A program made the translations under genes and the position numbers. Below are positions 13,740 through 30,749 of a DNA stretch of 64,000 nt, one piece after another (the stretch's first letter is position 1; each line of letters starts with the position of its first letter). Source of the stretch: Phaeosaccion multiseriatum (taxonomy: Eukaryota > Protista > Ochrophyta, other classes); the NCBI GenBank assembly GCA_965112735.1, contig OZ218957.1, forward strand, positions 2,604,001 through 2,668,000, read 5' to 3'. The notes beneath the pieces are model-generated. The model ran no database searches, was not told the origin of the DNA, and saw only the letters and a program-made list of their open reading frames with translations.

Positions 13740-14987
13740 CAGTAGTAGTAGGAGTAGAAGAAGTAGTAGAAGCAATATGACGTAATATGACGTAGGATGA
13801 AGGATGACGCACGTACCGGTGGCGAAGAAGCCGAGGCGCACGGACTTGTCAATTGCCTCGGTCTTCCAACGCAAGAACACGGGGTCCAGTTTCAGGTCCT
13901 GGGGGTGGATGGCAGCAGATGGCAGCAGATGGCAGCAGATGGCAGCAGATGGCAGCAGATGGCAACGGAGAACAACGGAGGACAGCGAGTGGCAGCAGAG
14001 GGCAGCGAGTGCAGGGGGGGAGGTTGAAGTGGGATGACAGGGGGACAAGGATTCGACGAACTGATTGACAGACTGGACGATTGACTGACTGACTGCGCTT
14101 GCCTGAACTGAATGACTGAGTGAGTGGTGCGTGACCCGTGACCATACCACTACCTGTAGTGAATACTTTCATTCCTTCCTTCCTTCCTTCCTTCCTTCCT
14201 TCCTTCCTTCCTTCCTTCCTTCTTTCCTTCCTTCCTTCATTCCTTCGTTCTTTCCTTCCTTCCTTACGGGCTCTCCCTCCCTCCTGACTGACTGACTGAC
14301 TGACTGACCTGCCCCAGGACCCTCTTGGTGTCGACTTCGAAGCCTATGAAGAAGGTGGAGCTGTGGGCAGGGAGCTCATCGCCTTCGCCTCCACTCAGGC
14401 ACTGCCCGGGGAACTCCTGTTCGTGGGTAGGACAAAGGGGGGGGGGGGGGATGGCAGTGGATGGGGAGGAGGAGGAGGAGATAAGTCCGTCGCAGACTTA
14501 TGAGCACTGCGAAAGCACAGGCGGCAGGACTCCGAAAGGGAGAGGGCTGCAGCAATACAGAGTCACTTCAGTCACTGCAGTGCTGAAGTGAAACACTACG
14601 AAGTAGTTAGGTAGTTCGGTAGTTTGATAGTTCGTTAGTTTGACAGTTCGGTAGTTCGATAGTTTGATAGTTCGATAGTTTGATAGTTCGATAGTTTGAT
14701 AGTTCGGTAGTTCGATAGTTCGGTAGTTCGATAGTTCGATAACCTACCTTGGGGTAGAGGTGCACCCGCGGGATGGTGCCCCCCAGCCCTGCCAGGGAGG
14801 TCACGAGGCGCCTTAGCCGAGACACCAGGAAGCCCTGTTGGGAAGTGTTGGGACGAGAGGAGCAAGTGAGAGGGGCGTTCGTGAGTGAGTGAGATAATTG
14901 TACACACAAGCCCATAGCAGTCCAGCAGAAGAATCACGAGCCGTTGGTGATACAGCAGTCGGTGATGTGGCAGCAGCAGTTGGTCAT

Positions 14988-15044
<57 letters not shown>

Positions 15045-18000
15045 ATTGATGACACAGCAGTTGGTGATACAGCCCGGCGCTCACCTTCCAGCTCCGGAAC
15101 TCGTCCTCGGTGCTGGCCATGATGTCAATGGCAAGGTAATGTCTATACTTGGCAAAGAACTCAGAGGGAAGAATCAGCTCCTCCCACCCCACTCCGCCGT
15201 TCTCAGCCACCTGGGGGGAAGAAGGGAAGGAGAAAAGGAGGGAGGGAGGGAGGGAGGGAGGGAGGGAGGGGACAGGAGAGAACAGACAGTGTGTGAGAGA
15301 GAGCGACAGAGAGAGGACGCCCCCAGCCCCTGCCCGTCCCGTCCTCTCCCTCCCCCTTCCGTACCTTTGTGCAAATGTCCCACCCCCTCTCAAACTCCTC
15401 CTTCATGACGGCTCGGCTCTGTTCTGAAACCGACACACTCGAGTTCATCGCAGGATAGGCCGGGGTGATGATGGGCATGACGTGGCGGACCTCTCTGGCA
15501 CCGTTCCACACCTCGAGCCCCAGGCCCGCGTCGTAAGGAGGGACCAGCTGAACAGGGTTGGGCCACTTCCACATTCGCTGTTTGTTGCATAGGTGTAAAG
15601 GGGGGGGGGGGTGAGGGAAGGAAGAAAGACAACACACGCACACACACAGATAGAGAGAGGGAGAGTCAAATCAGGCCCCCTAGACGAGTGACCAGCAGCA
15701 GGGAGTAGCGCACGCCCTACACGTAAGACAGCCTATGCCTGCCAGACGTTGCTCTCCTCCTCCTTGCTGCCCCCTCCTCCTCCTCCTCCTCCTCCTCCTT
15801 GCTGCCCCCTCCTCCTCCTCCTCCTCCTCCTCCTCCTCCTCCTCCTCCTCCTCCTCCTCCTCCTCCTCTTCCTCCTCCTCCTCCTCCTCCTCCTCCTCCT
15901 CCTCCCACCCCCTCTTCCCCACCCACGCACCCACCGACCCACACCCCCACCCACGCACGCACCCACCCACCCACCCTCTGTCCAGACACCCACCCACCCA
16001 CCCCTGGTCTGACACCTACCCACCCACCCTCTGACACATACTACCCTTACGTACCATAATTTTGAAGAAGCGCGAGAGCAGGAAGGAGGGCGAGGCCTGT
16101 GGATAGAGCTGGCAGGCCAGACACACAAGGATGTTGAAATTCACCCCCCCCAAATAGCCCATCTTGTTAGAGTACAGCCCGCGCTGCTTGGCCCACACAC
16201 GCACACACCGCACCACCGTCAGGAACGTCTGGTATCTGGTGGTGTGGGTGAGTGGGGGTGCGTGGGTGGGGGGGAGTAGGGTGTGGGGTGAGTGGGAGTA
16301 AATGATACCTCTCTTGTCACTCTCTTCATTCCTCCCCATACGCCTCTACTAACTCTCTCTCCTCCACAGAAATGCCTCCACTTGTCTGAACTCCCCTTCC
16401 CATACGCCCCTAACCAACCTCTGCCCCATATACCCAAAACCAGATGGGTGACTCTGGAGTCGTTGATATGGCCTTCTCCATGCGCCTCTAACTCCTCCCC
16501 CATATGCCTCTAAATCCTCCCCGCACCTCCAACTCCTCCCCATACGCCTCTAACTAACCTCTGCCCGGTGCCCACAAGGTGCGAGATCATGTTGGTGACT
16601 CTTGGGCCGTTGATGGCCTTCTCAGTGGGGCTGTCCACCCCCTGCAGCACGGAGTCATCGTCGATGTCCAGGGCTGTCAATTTGCCCATGGCGGGCAGAG
16701 GGGAGGAAGGGGGGGGCAGATGATATCAGAGAGATAGATGGATGGGTGGATAGATAGAGATAGATGGATAGGTAGATGGATGGATGGATGGATGGATGGA
16801 TAGATGGATAGATAGATGCATTGGTAGAGAGTTAGACAGATGGATAGATGATGAATGGACAGATAGACGGAAAGATAGATGGGCAGATAGACGGACAGAA
16901 GGACAGAGACTCACATTCGGTGACGGAATTGACGGGCAAGGAGGCGAACAAGAGGTCGATATCGATGTCGTCGTAGAAGAAGTTGATGATGGGCACCATC
17001 GCCGTGCGAATGGAGTTGAAGCGGCTGATGCGAGGGTGCTGTTGGAGGCGTATGAACAGGGAGGGATACATTAGAGGCGTATGGAGAGGGAGCGAGAGGG
17101 AGAAAGCACACACGGGAGACAGGGTGCTCTCCAATGAGAAAGCCTCCCCGTAGGCCTCTACTTGATTGAGTGCCCCTCTTCCCATACGCCTCTACTTGAT
17201 TGAGTGCCCCTCTTCCCATACGCCTCTACTTGATTGAGTGCCCCTCTTCCCGTACGCCTCTACTTGATTGAGTGCCCCTCTTCCCATACGCCTCTACTTG
17301 ATTGAGTGCCCCCGTCCCCATACGCTTTTATTTGGTGTGTGGTGCCCTTACCGCTTCCAGTGTGGCGGCGAGGGATGTGAAAAAGTCGTCGGTAGTGATA
17401 TGCTGCGAACGTGAGGATGGCAGTGGATGGGTGGTGGGGGGGGGATGGAAGTGGATGTCGTTGGATTGACAGCGCGGGGTCGGAGAAAAAGGTGGACAAA
17501 ATCCACACGCCTGCCCATATGCCTGCAGCTCATATGCCTGCAGCTCATATACCTTGCCCGTACACTTGCCCATACGCCTGCCCTTAGACCTTGCCCATAT
17601 GCCTGCCCATATGCCTGCCGCTATACCTTGCCCGTATGCCTGCCCATATGCCTGCCCTTATACCTGCCCATATGCCTGCCTATACGCCCGTCCATATGCC
17701 TGTCCATATACCTGTCCGCCCATACACCTGCCTAACCTTATGCCTGCCCTTATGCCTGCCCTTATGCCTGCCCACATGCCTACCCCACCTTGGGCGCCAC
17801 ACAGATTGTGTCAATGTCCGCGTCGGGCTCGTGGATGGCCAGGCGGTATGATCCTGGGATGGCAGTGGATGGTGGATGGGGGACGGCAGTGGATGGTGGG
17901 AAGCGTCAGAGGAGAGTAGAAGGTCAGGCGATTGGGCAACTACTGCTGTACTACCAGCTGTTGCTGCTGCTCTGTTACTAACTACCGTTGCTACCGCTGC

Positions 18001-18589
18001 TCTGGACACCGCTGCTACTCTGCTGCCGTATCACCAACTGCTCCTGCTGCTGGCCATGCTCCTCCTCCTGCTCCCGCTGCTATTGCTCCTGCTCCTGCTG
18101 CATCACCAACTGCTGCATCACCAACTTACCTGAGGTCATGATGATGCCCCCCGCGTCGTTGGCCATGTCCTCGGGCAGGCCCTTCTCTAGGCATGTATCC
18201 TTGACCCACGTGCGGAAGATGCCCTTGAGGTCGCGCAGGATCTTCTCTCTGCGCCGCAGCTCAGAGGCCTTCTCCACAGGGACATTGATTTTCATAAACT
18301 GAGGGGAGAGAGGTAGAGAGGGAGGTAAGAAGGGGGGAGGCAGGGAAGAAGGGCTGAGAGAGACAGAGCAGGATCTACATACTCAATGAGCATGGGAAGG
18401 TCCCCCATCCAACGAAGACGGCAAAGAGATGCAGCAACGAAGACTGCACAATGCGGTGTCTGGTTGCTCTCTCTATCTATCTCTCCTTTCTTTTACCTCC
18501 TCAAGTGTTTTGTCGAGCTTGAGATCCTTCTCGGACGGAGGGTCAGGATTTAGTGGCTTGAAGGCCGGCTCCAGCCTCCGCTTGACCAT
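11840..18589 (-). CDS. PAP1: Canonical nuclear poly(A) polymerase, about 16 exons
   Basis: Exons encode MVKRRLEPAF..., the nucleotidyltransferase motif GSYRLAIHEPDADIDTICVAPK (17789-17853), VPIINFFYDDIDIDLLFA, INGPRVT, WAKQRGLYSNKMGYLGG, WKWPNPV, MPIITPAYPAMNSS, FFAKYRHYL, GFLVSRLR and KRLPSWVF. The last two small exons (stop about 11840) are tentative. Confidence 0.96.
13630..13770. repeat. (TAG)n microsatellite in PAP intron
   Basis: About 45 units, seen directly. Confidence 0.95.
14610..14740. repeat. 8-bp minisatellite (GATAGTTC/GGTAGTTC/GATAGTTT)n
   Basis: About 16 tandem units in a PAP intron. Confidence 0.9.
17150..17325. repeat. 31-bp intronic minisatellite (CCCATACGCCTCTACTTGATTGAGTGCCCCTCTT-type)
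   Basis: About 5 tandem copies with no spacers. Confidence 0.9.
17510..17785. repeat. Degenerate 12-bp minisatellite (CCTGCCCATATG)n
   Basis: About 20 diverged units in a PAP intron. Confidence 0.85.
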
Positions 18590-18876
18590 GGTCCTGTCTC
18601 CCTACCCTCGGCAAGCCACACCCTACCCACAGCGAACGACACTCTCGCAAGAAGCAAGCTTTGGTTGTTGGTGAAGAGAGGGGGGGGGTGTTCCGCGAAT
18701 TTGAAGTTTCAGTGTGTGGTTTCGCTTGACGCCTTTCCGGCCCCTTCGTCTCTCTTTCTCACTTCCTTGCTTCCAGTGGAGAGAGAGAAGAAGCGCTAGG
18801 CACGTCAGAAGCTCTTACCAGGGAGAAAACCTCTCGTACGAACCCCGCACACAGTGCGGGGTTGCGTTTTGGAGCA

Positions 18877-20288
18877 ATGGCTAGCGTGATGAAGCTCTTG
18901 CTGGCCGGCGCTGGGGTAGCGGGGACCATGCTCGCCTACGGCTACGTGGTGAGAGAGAGGGGGGGCGGGGCGAGGCAGCACAAGAAAATCGCGGAAGGGA
19001 GGGAGGGGCGAGGAGGAGAAGTGGGCGAGGCGTGGGGAGGAGGAGGGCCTGGTAGGGGAAAGGCGGGAAGGGGGAGGTAGGGTGTGGCTTTCTGAGACTC
19101 CTCCTCATCGTCTTCCCTCCCTGCCGCACTGCTTTTGTCTCCTCTTTCCACAGGATCTGATGTCGGTGGAGGGCAAGCTTGTGGCATGTACCATGAATCC
19201 GGTAAGGCGGACAAGCGAACGAGCAACACGTGTTGTTCAATTTGGTGCTTTACACATCCCGGTTCTGTGGGGTGCTTTTCACCGTCGTCTCCTCCCTCTC
19301 AAGCACGTATCACGCTACCTTACACACCCGACTTTTGACCTTCCCGCCAAGGCCAACGCTTCGCTCCAACCCCCCCTCCCCGCCTTTGTCCCTCCTATCC
19401 AACCTCGCAATGAATGCACCGTTGACGCCACACCCCCTTCCCCCTCCTTCCCCCCTCCCTACCTTTCTCTCTCCTCAGCTGGAAGTGCGGATGGCCATGA
19501 ATATTGCCCTCCTGACGGTCATGTGGCTGGTCCGACCCAGCAGGCCCTTCCCCGTCCTCCTTCTCGGCGGACTCACAACCCTCGTCTTCAAGTACCGACC
19601 GGATGTGGATATGATGCTCTTCCTGGTCGGGGCGTGTGTGTTGTGGTTCCAGCGCATGGGTCTCCTGTGGGGCCCAACAAGCCGAAGCGGAGGGCGGGGA
19701 GGAGGAAGAGGAGGATGGGGGGGGGGAGCGGATGACGATGTCTTTGTTGACATGAGCGACGCGGAGAGGCAGATTCGGCAGATTCTGTTCGATGGAGGCC
19801 ATCACAGCAAGTTGGGCAAGGTCGATGGTTGGCTCATCAAGTACAAAGGAAGGGAGGAGGAGCTGTTGCTCATTGTGGAGCACAAGTACGGGCCTCCGCC
19901 GGAGCCGCAGCAGCAGCAGCAGGAGGGGGGGAATGAGGGGTGGCAGGGGCAGCAGGGCGAGGGGGAGGGGGAGGGGGAGGGGGAGGTGCTCACACAATTA
20001 CAAGTGGAGGAGGAGCAGCACACGCAGCAGCCGGGGGGATGGGATGCACAGAGGGAGCAGTTGATGAGACGACGGCAATTGTTGAGTCAGCATCAGCAAC
20101 AGCAGCAGCAGCGGCAGCAGCAGCGGCAGCAGCAGCAGCAGCAGCAGCAGCAGGGAGGGGGGGAGGGTGCCTCGGGAGGGAAGAAGAAGTCGCTCGCGCT
20201 GCTCCAGGCCAATGCACAGGCGCAGGCCGAGCAGGAGAGGCGGGTACAGGAGAGCATCGACAGGATTAAGAGCAGGCAGGGCAGATGA
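18877..20288 (+). CDS. Hypothetical membrane protein (3 exons)
   Basis: In-frame exons 18877-18948, 19154-19201 and 19479-20288. It has an N-terminal hydrophobic segment, about 3 further TM-like segments, a KLGKVDGWLIKYKGREEELL helical motif and a Q-rich tail. Confidence 0.7.
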
Positions 20289-20394
20289 GCTTTCTCTCTC
20301 TCTCTCTTTCTTCTCTCTCTCTCTCTCTCTGTTTCTCTCTCTCTTTCTTTCTCTTTTCTCTCTCTCTCCCTGTCTCTTTCTCTCTCTCTTTCTT

Positions 20395-20427
<33 letters not shown>

Positions 20428-20646
20428 TAGTGTGTGTAGGAGGGTTGTGGGGTGGGGTGGGGAGAGGGAAAGGGGATGATAGGAGATAGTGAGGGAGTAG
20501 TCGATATAATAAATCGCCCCATTCGACAAAAAATATCGATCGCAATGAGTCAATCATCCTCGCTTTGGAGTGAAGAAGAGAGCAAAAAAAATAGGAGAAA
20601 GCAAGAAGACGACGTGAATTTAACCCATTCGAGAGCTCTCCTCACG

Positions 20647-22996
20647 ATGCGGACTGTAAAGCTGGCTGCTGTGGCTCTGGGTAAGTGTAGGGCGAGGGCG
20701 AGGGAGCCAAATTTGTCATGTGCATGCAGAAGGGGAAAGAGAGCTTCGCCTCCTGCTTGTTCTTTGCTGCAGCATGAAGGGGTGTGGTAGCATCTCCTGG
20801 CGCTACATTTTCTCCTATCGTACGGCTCTGTCTCTACTGCGCTTACTGCCCCCCTCCCCCTCCAGCTGGCCTGAGCACTGCCAATGGACGGCTCAGGGAA
20901 AGACTTTTTTTTTACCATCTGTTGCTCCTGTGCCACCGTCGTGTGCCGTGCCTCACTGTACTGCCTCTTAACTCGAAGATATCCGTCTTTACGAAGAGCT
21001 TGCTGCCTGCCGACCCTGCCACTCACCCCACTCATATGCTCGAATGCTCTCCCTCCTCCCGCCCCCACGCCTCACAGGCTGCTACATTGCCGCCCCAGCA
21101 GATGCATTCCTAGGCCCCGCCTTCACGGTAAGTCGTGTAGTCCGCCCCCTCGTCCTCTCGTTCGTGTTTTCGTGTTCTCTCTCTCCTTCCCAACAACAAC
21201 TCAATAAATTGTCTTCTGTCTATTGTCGTGTCGTGTGTAATCTGAAGGGCCGTGTGTGTGCCCAGCAGCAGCGGCAACAGCATCGGCAACAGCAGCCGCA
21301 GCAGCGACAGGCGCCTAGGCATGTACTGTCCATGGCCAACACCTCTGACCTCAAGAACGGACTGACCATCGACTTGGACGGCCAACCATGCAAGGTCAGG
21401 AACAATGGGAGGATGACTGACAGTAGCTCCCTCAGGAACGACATGGAAGGGGAGGATGACTGGCAATAGCGCTCCCTCAGGAAGGGGCGAATGAGTGGCA
21501 ATGGCTCCCTCCGCGATATACAAATAGGAAAAAGGGGGGAGGGGGAGGGGTGAATGAAACACTCGTCCGACGAGGGGTATATTGACGAAGGCCTAAGCGT
21601 AGAATGGGCGCAGCAACGCGAGGGAAGGAAGGAAGGTGCGGCACGAACCAACGTTTTCTCCACCTCCTCCTCCTCCTCCTCCTCCTCCTCCTCTCTCCTC
21701 TCTCCTCTCTTCTCTCTTCTCCTCCACCTCCTCCTCCTCCTCCTCCTCCTCCTCCTCCTCTCTCCTCTCTCCTCTCTTCTCTCTTCTCCTCCACCTCCTC
21801 CTCGTCCTCCTCCTCCCCGTACACACACACCCCCACACCCACACACACACACACACACACACGCTTGCAGGTGGTGGAGTTTCTGCACGTGAAGCCCGGC
21901 AAGGGTTCCGCGTTTGTGCGCTCCAAGCTCAAGTACCTCAGGACGGGGAACACCGTAGATAAGACCTTCCGGGCGGTAAGTCAGTGATATATGTCAGTGA
22001 CCCCACACCCCCTCGCATCCACTCACCCACCCACCTACCCTCCCACTACCCTCACCCACCCACCCACTCATCTACCCACCCCCACCAACCCACCCACCCA
22101 CCCACCCACCCACATCCACCACCCCCACAACAGGGCGAGACGATCAACATTGCCCAAATAGACCGATTCTCTCTTCAGTTCACATACGAGTCCGACGGAG
22201 AATACTACTTTATGGACATGGAATCTTTTGAGGAGATGAGCGTGCCTGCAGCGATAGTGGGGGATAACGCCGATTGGATCTCGGAGGGGAGCGAGGTGGA
22301 TGTGGCCAAGGTGAGGGAAGGAGGGGAGGGACGGAGGGAGGGAGAAGGGAGGGAGGGAGGGGGGGGGGGGCTCTCTTTCTCTCTCAGTCTCTCTCTTCAT
22401 GACCCTTTCCATCTGTTTACTGTTGCCCTTACCCTCTACTTTACCCTTGCCCTGGTCCTGCTTTACCCTTGCTTTACCCTTACCCTATGCAGTACGAGGG
22501 AGACGTGATTGAGGTTTCCGTGCCCAAGATGTTGGAGCTCGAGGTGTGTATTACGCGTAAACTTACTTACACTTACGTGGGGACTGGGGAGGAGGATGAC
22601 GTCAGGGCAGAGGAGAGTGCCAGAGGGGACGGGGGGTAATGTGCCCCTCGAAGGAGGGGTACGTATGAGCAGGGCAGCAGAAGGCAAAACCCTATCGCAC
22701 GCCTTCTCCCCACGCCCCTGCTCCTCCTCCTGTATCACCAACTGCTGCAGCCTTGGGAGGAGCCCTCTCTTTCTTGCTAATCTCACGCAACTCATGCTTT
22801 TTCGTCCCGTGCCCCTCCTCCTCCTCCTTAGGTGACCATGACGTCCCCCCCCGTGGACGGAGGCAAGGACAAAGATGCCACTTTGCAGTCAGGTGTGTCG
22901 ATCAAGATCCCCAACTTCATCAAGCAGGGAGAGACCATCCGAGTCGATACAGAGGCAAGGAAGTACATGGGCCGTGCTGAGCGAACCGAGCGATAA
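20647..22996 (+). CDS. efp: Plastid-targeted translation elongation factor P (7 exons)
   Basis: Exons 20647-20680, 21078-21127, 21248-21394, 21871-21975, 22134-22310, 22493-22543 and 22832-22996. Presequence [24 protein letters not shown] (signal + ASAF-type motif). Mature protein has [39 protein letters not shown] and [15 protein letters not shown]...YMGRA. Confidence 0.95.
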
Positions 22997-23250
22997 GCCT
23001 GGGAGAGATGTGAGAGAGAGAAGAAGAAGGGAGGATCGGTTGATCTAAGCTTGTAGTAGAGGAGGAAGGAGATGGGTTCAACGTGCCGCTTCGATAACGC
23101 ACGTTATATACATACGCACGCTGTGTGGTAGAGAAGAGGGGAGTTCGGTTCGATGGACGGATGGACGAAGATGGAGCGGACCGTTCGATGTGGATAGGCA
23201 CGCTGCGATAGAGAAGAGTGAGTCTGATAGATGGACGAACAATGACGATA

Positions 23251-23293
<43 letters not shown>

Positions 23294-23427
23294 CGACGAC
23301 GACGGTTTCACATCGGTCGGTGGAATACGAGCCGGACCAATCGCGAGATACGAGATCGATGTCATCAACACGCAAGCATGGCACTGAAGCAGAGCAGAGC
23401 CAAGGAGAGAGCATTCACATTCAGCCA

Positions 23428-23497
23428 TGAGGGCACGAATGAGGGCACGAATGAGGGCACGAATGAGGGCACGAATGAGGGCACGAATGAGGGCACG
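23428..23497. repeat. 12-bp tandem repeat (ATGAGGGCACGA) x about 6
   Basis: Seen directly; intergenic. Confidence 0.92.
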
Positions 23498-23940
23498 ATG
23501 ACCCCCCCCCCCGTTCTGACAGAGCCAATCCATCTACATGGGGTCTTGGAGATGGAATCAAATGAATTCTGTGTTTCCTCCTGCCAACAAACACTGAAGC
23601 TCTTACACTGCATAGCCGTTCTCTATCCAAGCCCTGAGTCAGCACTCTGAGTCCGTCCGCGCTCCATGAGGAAAGGCCACGCCGCCCTGATTCAGTGTAC
23701 CCCCCCCCCCCCACACCCCCACCGAACAAAAGAGGGAGCCTTGCTTCGTCCCTCACCAACGAAGGAGCCACACACAGCCACACACAATCTCTTGGCAGCA
23801 AGTACTCCCTTCTTTACAAGCTCTCAAGGCCCACTCGACGCGAGATCACACATGACTGCCTGCCAACCCGCTTCCGTTGCCCAGCCCCTGCCGCTGGAGT
23901 TGGCAAAGACTCATCATATGTGGTGCCAGGTCCTGCGCCA

Positions 23941-24162
23941 TCAGTCTTGACAGTCACAGGGGTGCAAAATTAAAAGGGGAGGGGGCGTATCCCAGTCATC
24001 ACCATATTCGTCTTTCCACCAGTGCGGGCATGCCCTGCTGTCCCAGGGGCACATGCCCTCCTCTGAGCGGAGCCACTTGAGCAAAGGCAGATTCTTGGCG
24101 TCGCGAACTGCGCGAAAACAGACATACCAAGCGCACAGCTCCCTTGCATTTGCGTGAAGCCA
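23941..24162 (-). pseudogene. 3' fragment of the CPW-repeat ankyrin-like family
   Basis: WLHANARELCAWYVCFRAV...LKWLRSEEGMCPWDSRACPHWWKDEYGDDWD...HPCDCQD* matches the C-termini of the 8.3-10.9 kb copies with two internal deletions. It shares post-stop TGATGGCGC with the 10.9 kb copy. Confidence 0.88.
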
Positions 24163-24202
24163 TGCTGCTTGCTGTATCACCAACTGCTGCTCTACCCTGC
24201 CG

Positions 24203-28451
<4,249 letters not shown>

Positions 28452-28575
28452 GGCCTTACAGTTGTGTGTGTGTGAGCAAGTGAGGGTAGGGCCCAAGCCC
28501 ATGCAATAATTGACTTCAGAAACAACGTCAACTGCCCGAAATGCCCCTGTAATTTAATTGCCAACCTCTTTTGTG

Positions 28576-30749
28576 ATGCTGCCGCCGCTACTGCTTCTGC
28601 TAGTGTTACTGCTACTGCAGACAGAGGCCGGGTCAGGGGGTGGGCAAACCATTCGAGTTTCTGTGAGAAGTAGCGTCGGCAAAGAGGTGGGAGCAAACAT
28701 GTGACGAGGGAGACGTTGTTTGTCGGTGAATGTGGGGTGGGGTGTTGGAGTCTGCGCACAGAGATGTGGGAATCGACGCTGACAAAATGCCATCCGTCCC
28801 TGCTTGACTTGCGTGGTGGTGCCCTTCCACTCTGTTCATACCTCCCCCCTCACCCCCTGCAGAAGCTATCAAATCCCTTGAAGCACGTGTCCTTCTGTGG
28901 TGCATGCCCCAGCCCAGACCTCGAGGGCTCCCACACATGGGGGCTGGCTCCCAAGCACGGCCAGTTTGGGACTCTAGGTGAGCAGAGTTCAGGAGAAGGA
29001 GGAAGGACGAATTAGGACTGACAGGCGTACCTACAGCGAGGCGCAAAGGTACCCTTTGTTCCGTGCTGATGCGCTGACTCGAAACAAACGACCCTACTTT
29101 GAGTGGGGCCACGTACGGTACTTTGAGTGGGGCTTGGTCTGGTATGAGGCATTGCTTAATGCAATCCATCGCCAGAAGGAAGCGCTGTGATAAACCATTA
29201 TTCTTTGTGTGGATAATTGTGTCGTTCACCCTCAGGGCCTTCCGTTAGGGCCCTCCTTGCTTGGGTGAGACGGTGGGGGGGGGAATTTGGCACTTCACTA
29301 CTCGATAATGCAATAGGTCTGCCTCAATGGGTCTGGTCTGCCCCCCGTGCTCCTTGACGGACGCATCTATCTAATCTACACCCCCCCCCCTCTCCCTCTG
29401 CAGGTGTAGAGCGCTTCTCTGTGTTGGGTGACCTCGTGTATGCGGTACCCAATGACGCCAGCGATGCGCTGCTCAATGTGGAAGACGTCCCTGGGCAGGT
29501 GAGTGCAGTACATCACAGCACACAACGTGTTGGTGATACTGCAGTAGGGCACAAGAGCAGTGGGTAAGAACGGAGAGGATAGGAGGGGCAGAGACTGCGT
29601 GCTTCGGAGGCATGCGAGCATGCTCCTCGCTCTCTCTGAGCATGCTAGCTCTCTCTCTCTCAATCAAAGGCGTTGGCCGCCGACGAATGTGCTCTGCTCG
29701 GAGGGATGTGGTCAATTCCACTTTGAAAAGGGGTCAAATCGATCGATATCAACATCGATGAGAGCGATGTCGACACGCTCCTGACGAACTAGCCCGGATA
29801 TGCTCTGTGTCTGGGCTTGACAGTACCAAAGTCTGTCTCATGAGCTGAAACTGTGCTTGACAATGCTTGACAATTGCAATGAATAGGTGCTGCTCGTGGA
29901 GAGGGGCGCAGTACCCATGGTGGAGAAGGTGCTGAGGGCGCAGGAGGCGGGGGCGAAGGCCGTGCTCATCGCTGACGACGGTGCGTATCACCAATGTGTG
30001 TGTGTGTGTGCGTGCGTGTGTGTGAACGTATGTGTGTGTGTGTAGGTATGTGTGTGTCGGGTTCCTTCTGCTGAGCCCTGTGAGAGGAGTGTGGCGGTCC
30101 CACAGCGGAAGCCTTTTTGTCTCCTGTACGTCAGTCACCCCCACAAGCCTTACCTCCCTCTTACTGCCGAGCTACTATTGCCTTACTGCCGAGCTACTGT
30201 TGCCCTTTTCTGCCCGACTCACAGCCACCTCATCTCTCGGCTCCTCTGTCTCCCCCTCCCTCCCTCACCTCCTCCCCCCCTCCTCTGTCTCCCCCGCCCT
30301 TCCTCACCCCCTCCCCCCCAGGGAAGTGCTCCGACGACTTCCAGCGCTGTGGGCGGACAGGCGGCATCCCCGAGGGGGGCTTTGCGTGGAAGGACGGATC
30401 GCATGTTTGGGCCTCTGTTACCATCCCTGCGCTCATGATCTCAAGGGCACAGGCAGACAGGCTGAAAGGCATGATGCAGCTGAGGGCAGTCACCATTGCG
30501 GTGAGTGAGTGAGTGAGTGAGTGAGTGAGGGAGTGAGTGAGTGAGTGAGTGAGTGAGTGAGTGAGTGAGTGAGTGAGTGAGTGAGTGAGTGAGTGAGTGA
30601 GTGAGTGAGTGAGTCGTGATGAACTCACTCCTCTACCGGGACCTCTTCCCTCCTCCTCCCACCCCACCCGCTCGTTTGCCTCGACTCACTCGCTGTGCCC
30701 TCCTCTCTCCTCTCCTCAGGGTATTGGCGAGCAGCTTGTACAGCGGTGA
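28576..30749 (+). CDS. Secreted PA (protease-associated) domain protein, PRADC1-like
   Basis: Signal peptide MLPPLLLLLVLLLLQTEA. Exons give GDLVYAVPNDA, VLLVERGAVPMVEKVLRAQEAGAKAVLIADD, VTIPALMISRAQADRL and GIGEQLVQR*. The exon 1/2 junction is tentative. Confidence 0.85.

Noticed and set aside
2453-17325. Regular 22-bp and about 31-bp repeats as possible CRISPR arrays
   Set aside because: They are head-to-tail with no unique spacers, lie inside spliceosomal introns, and there are no cas genes.
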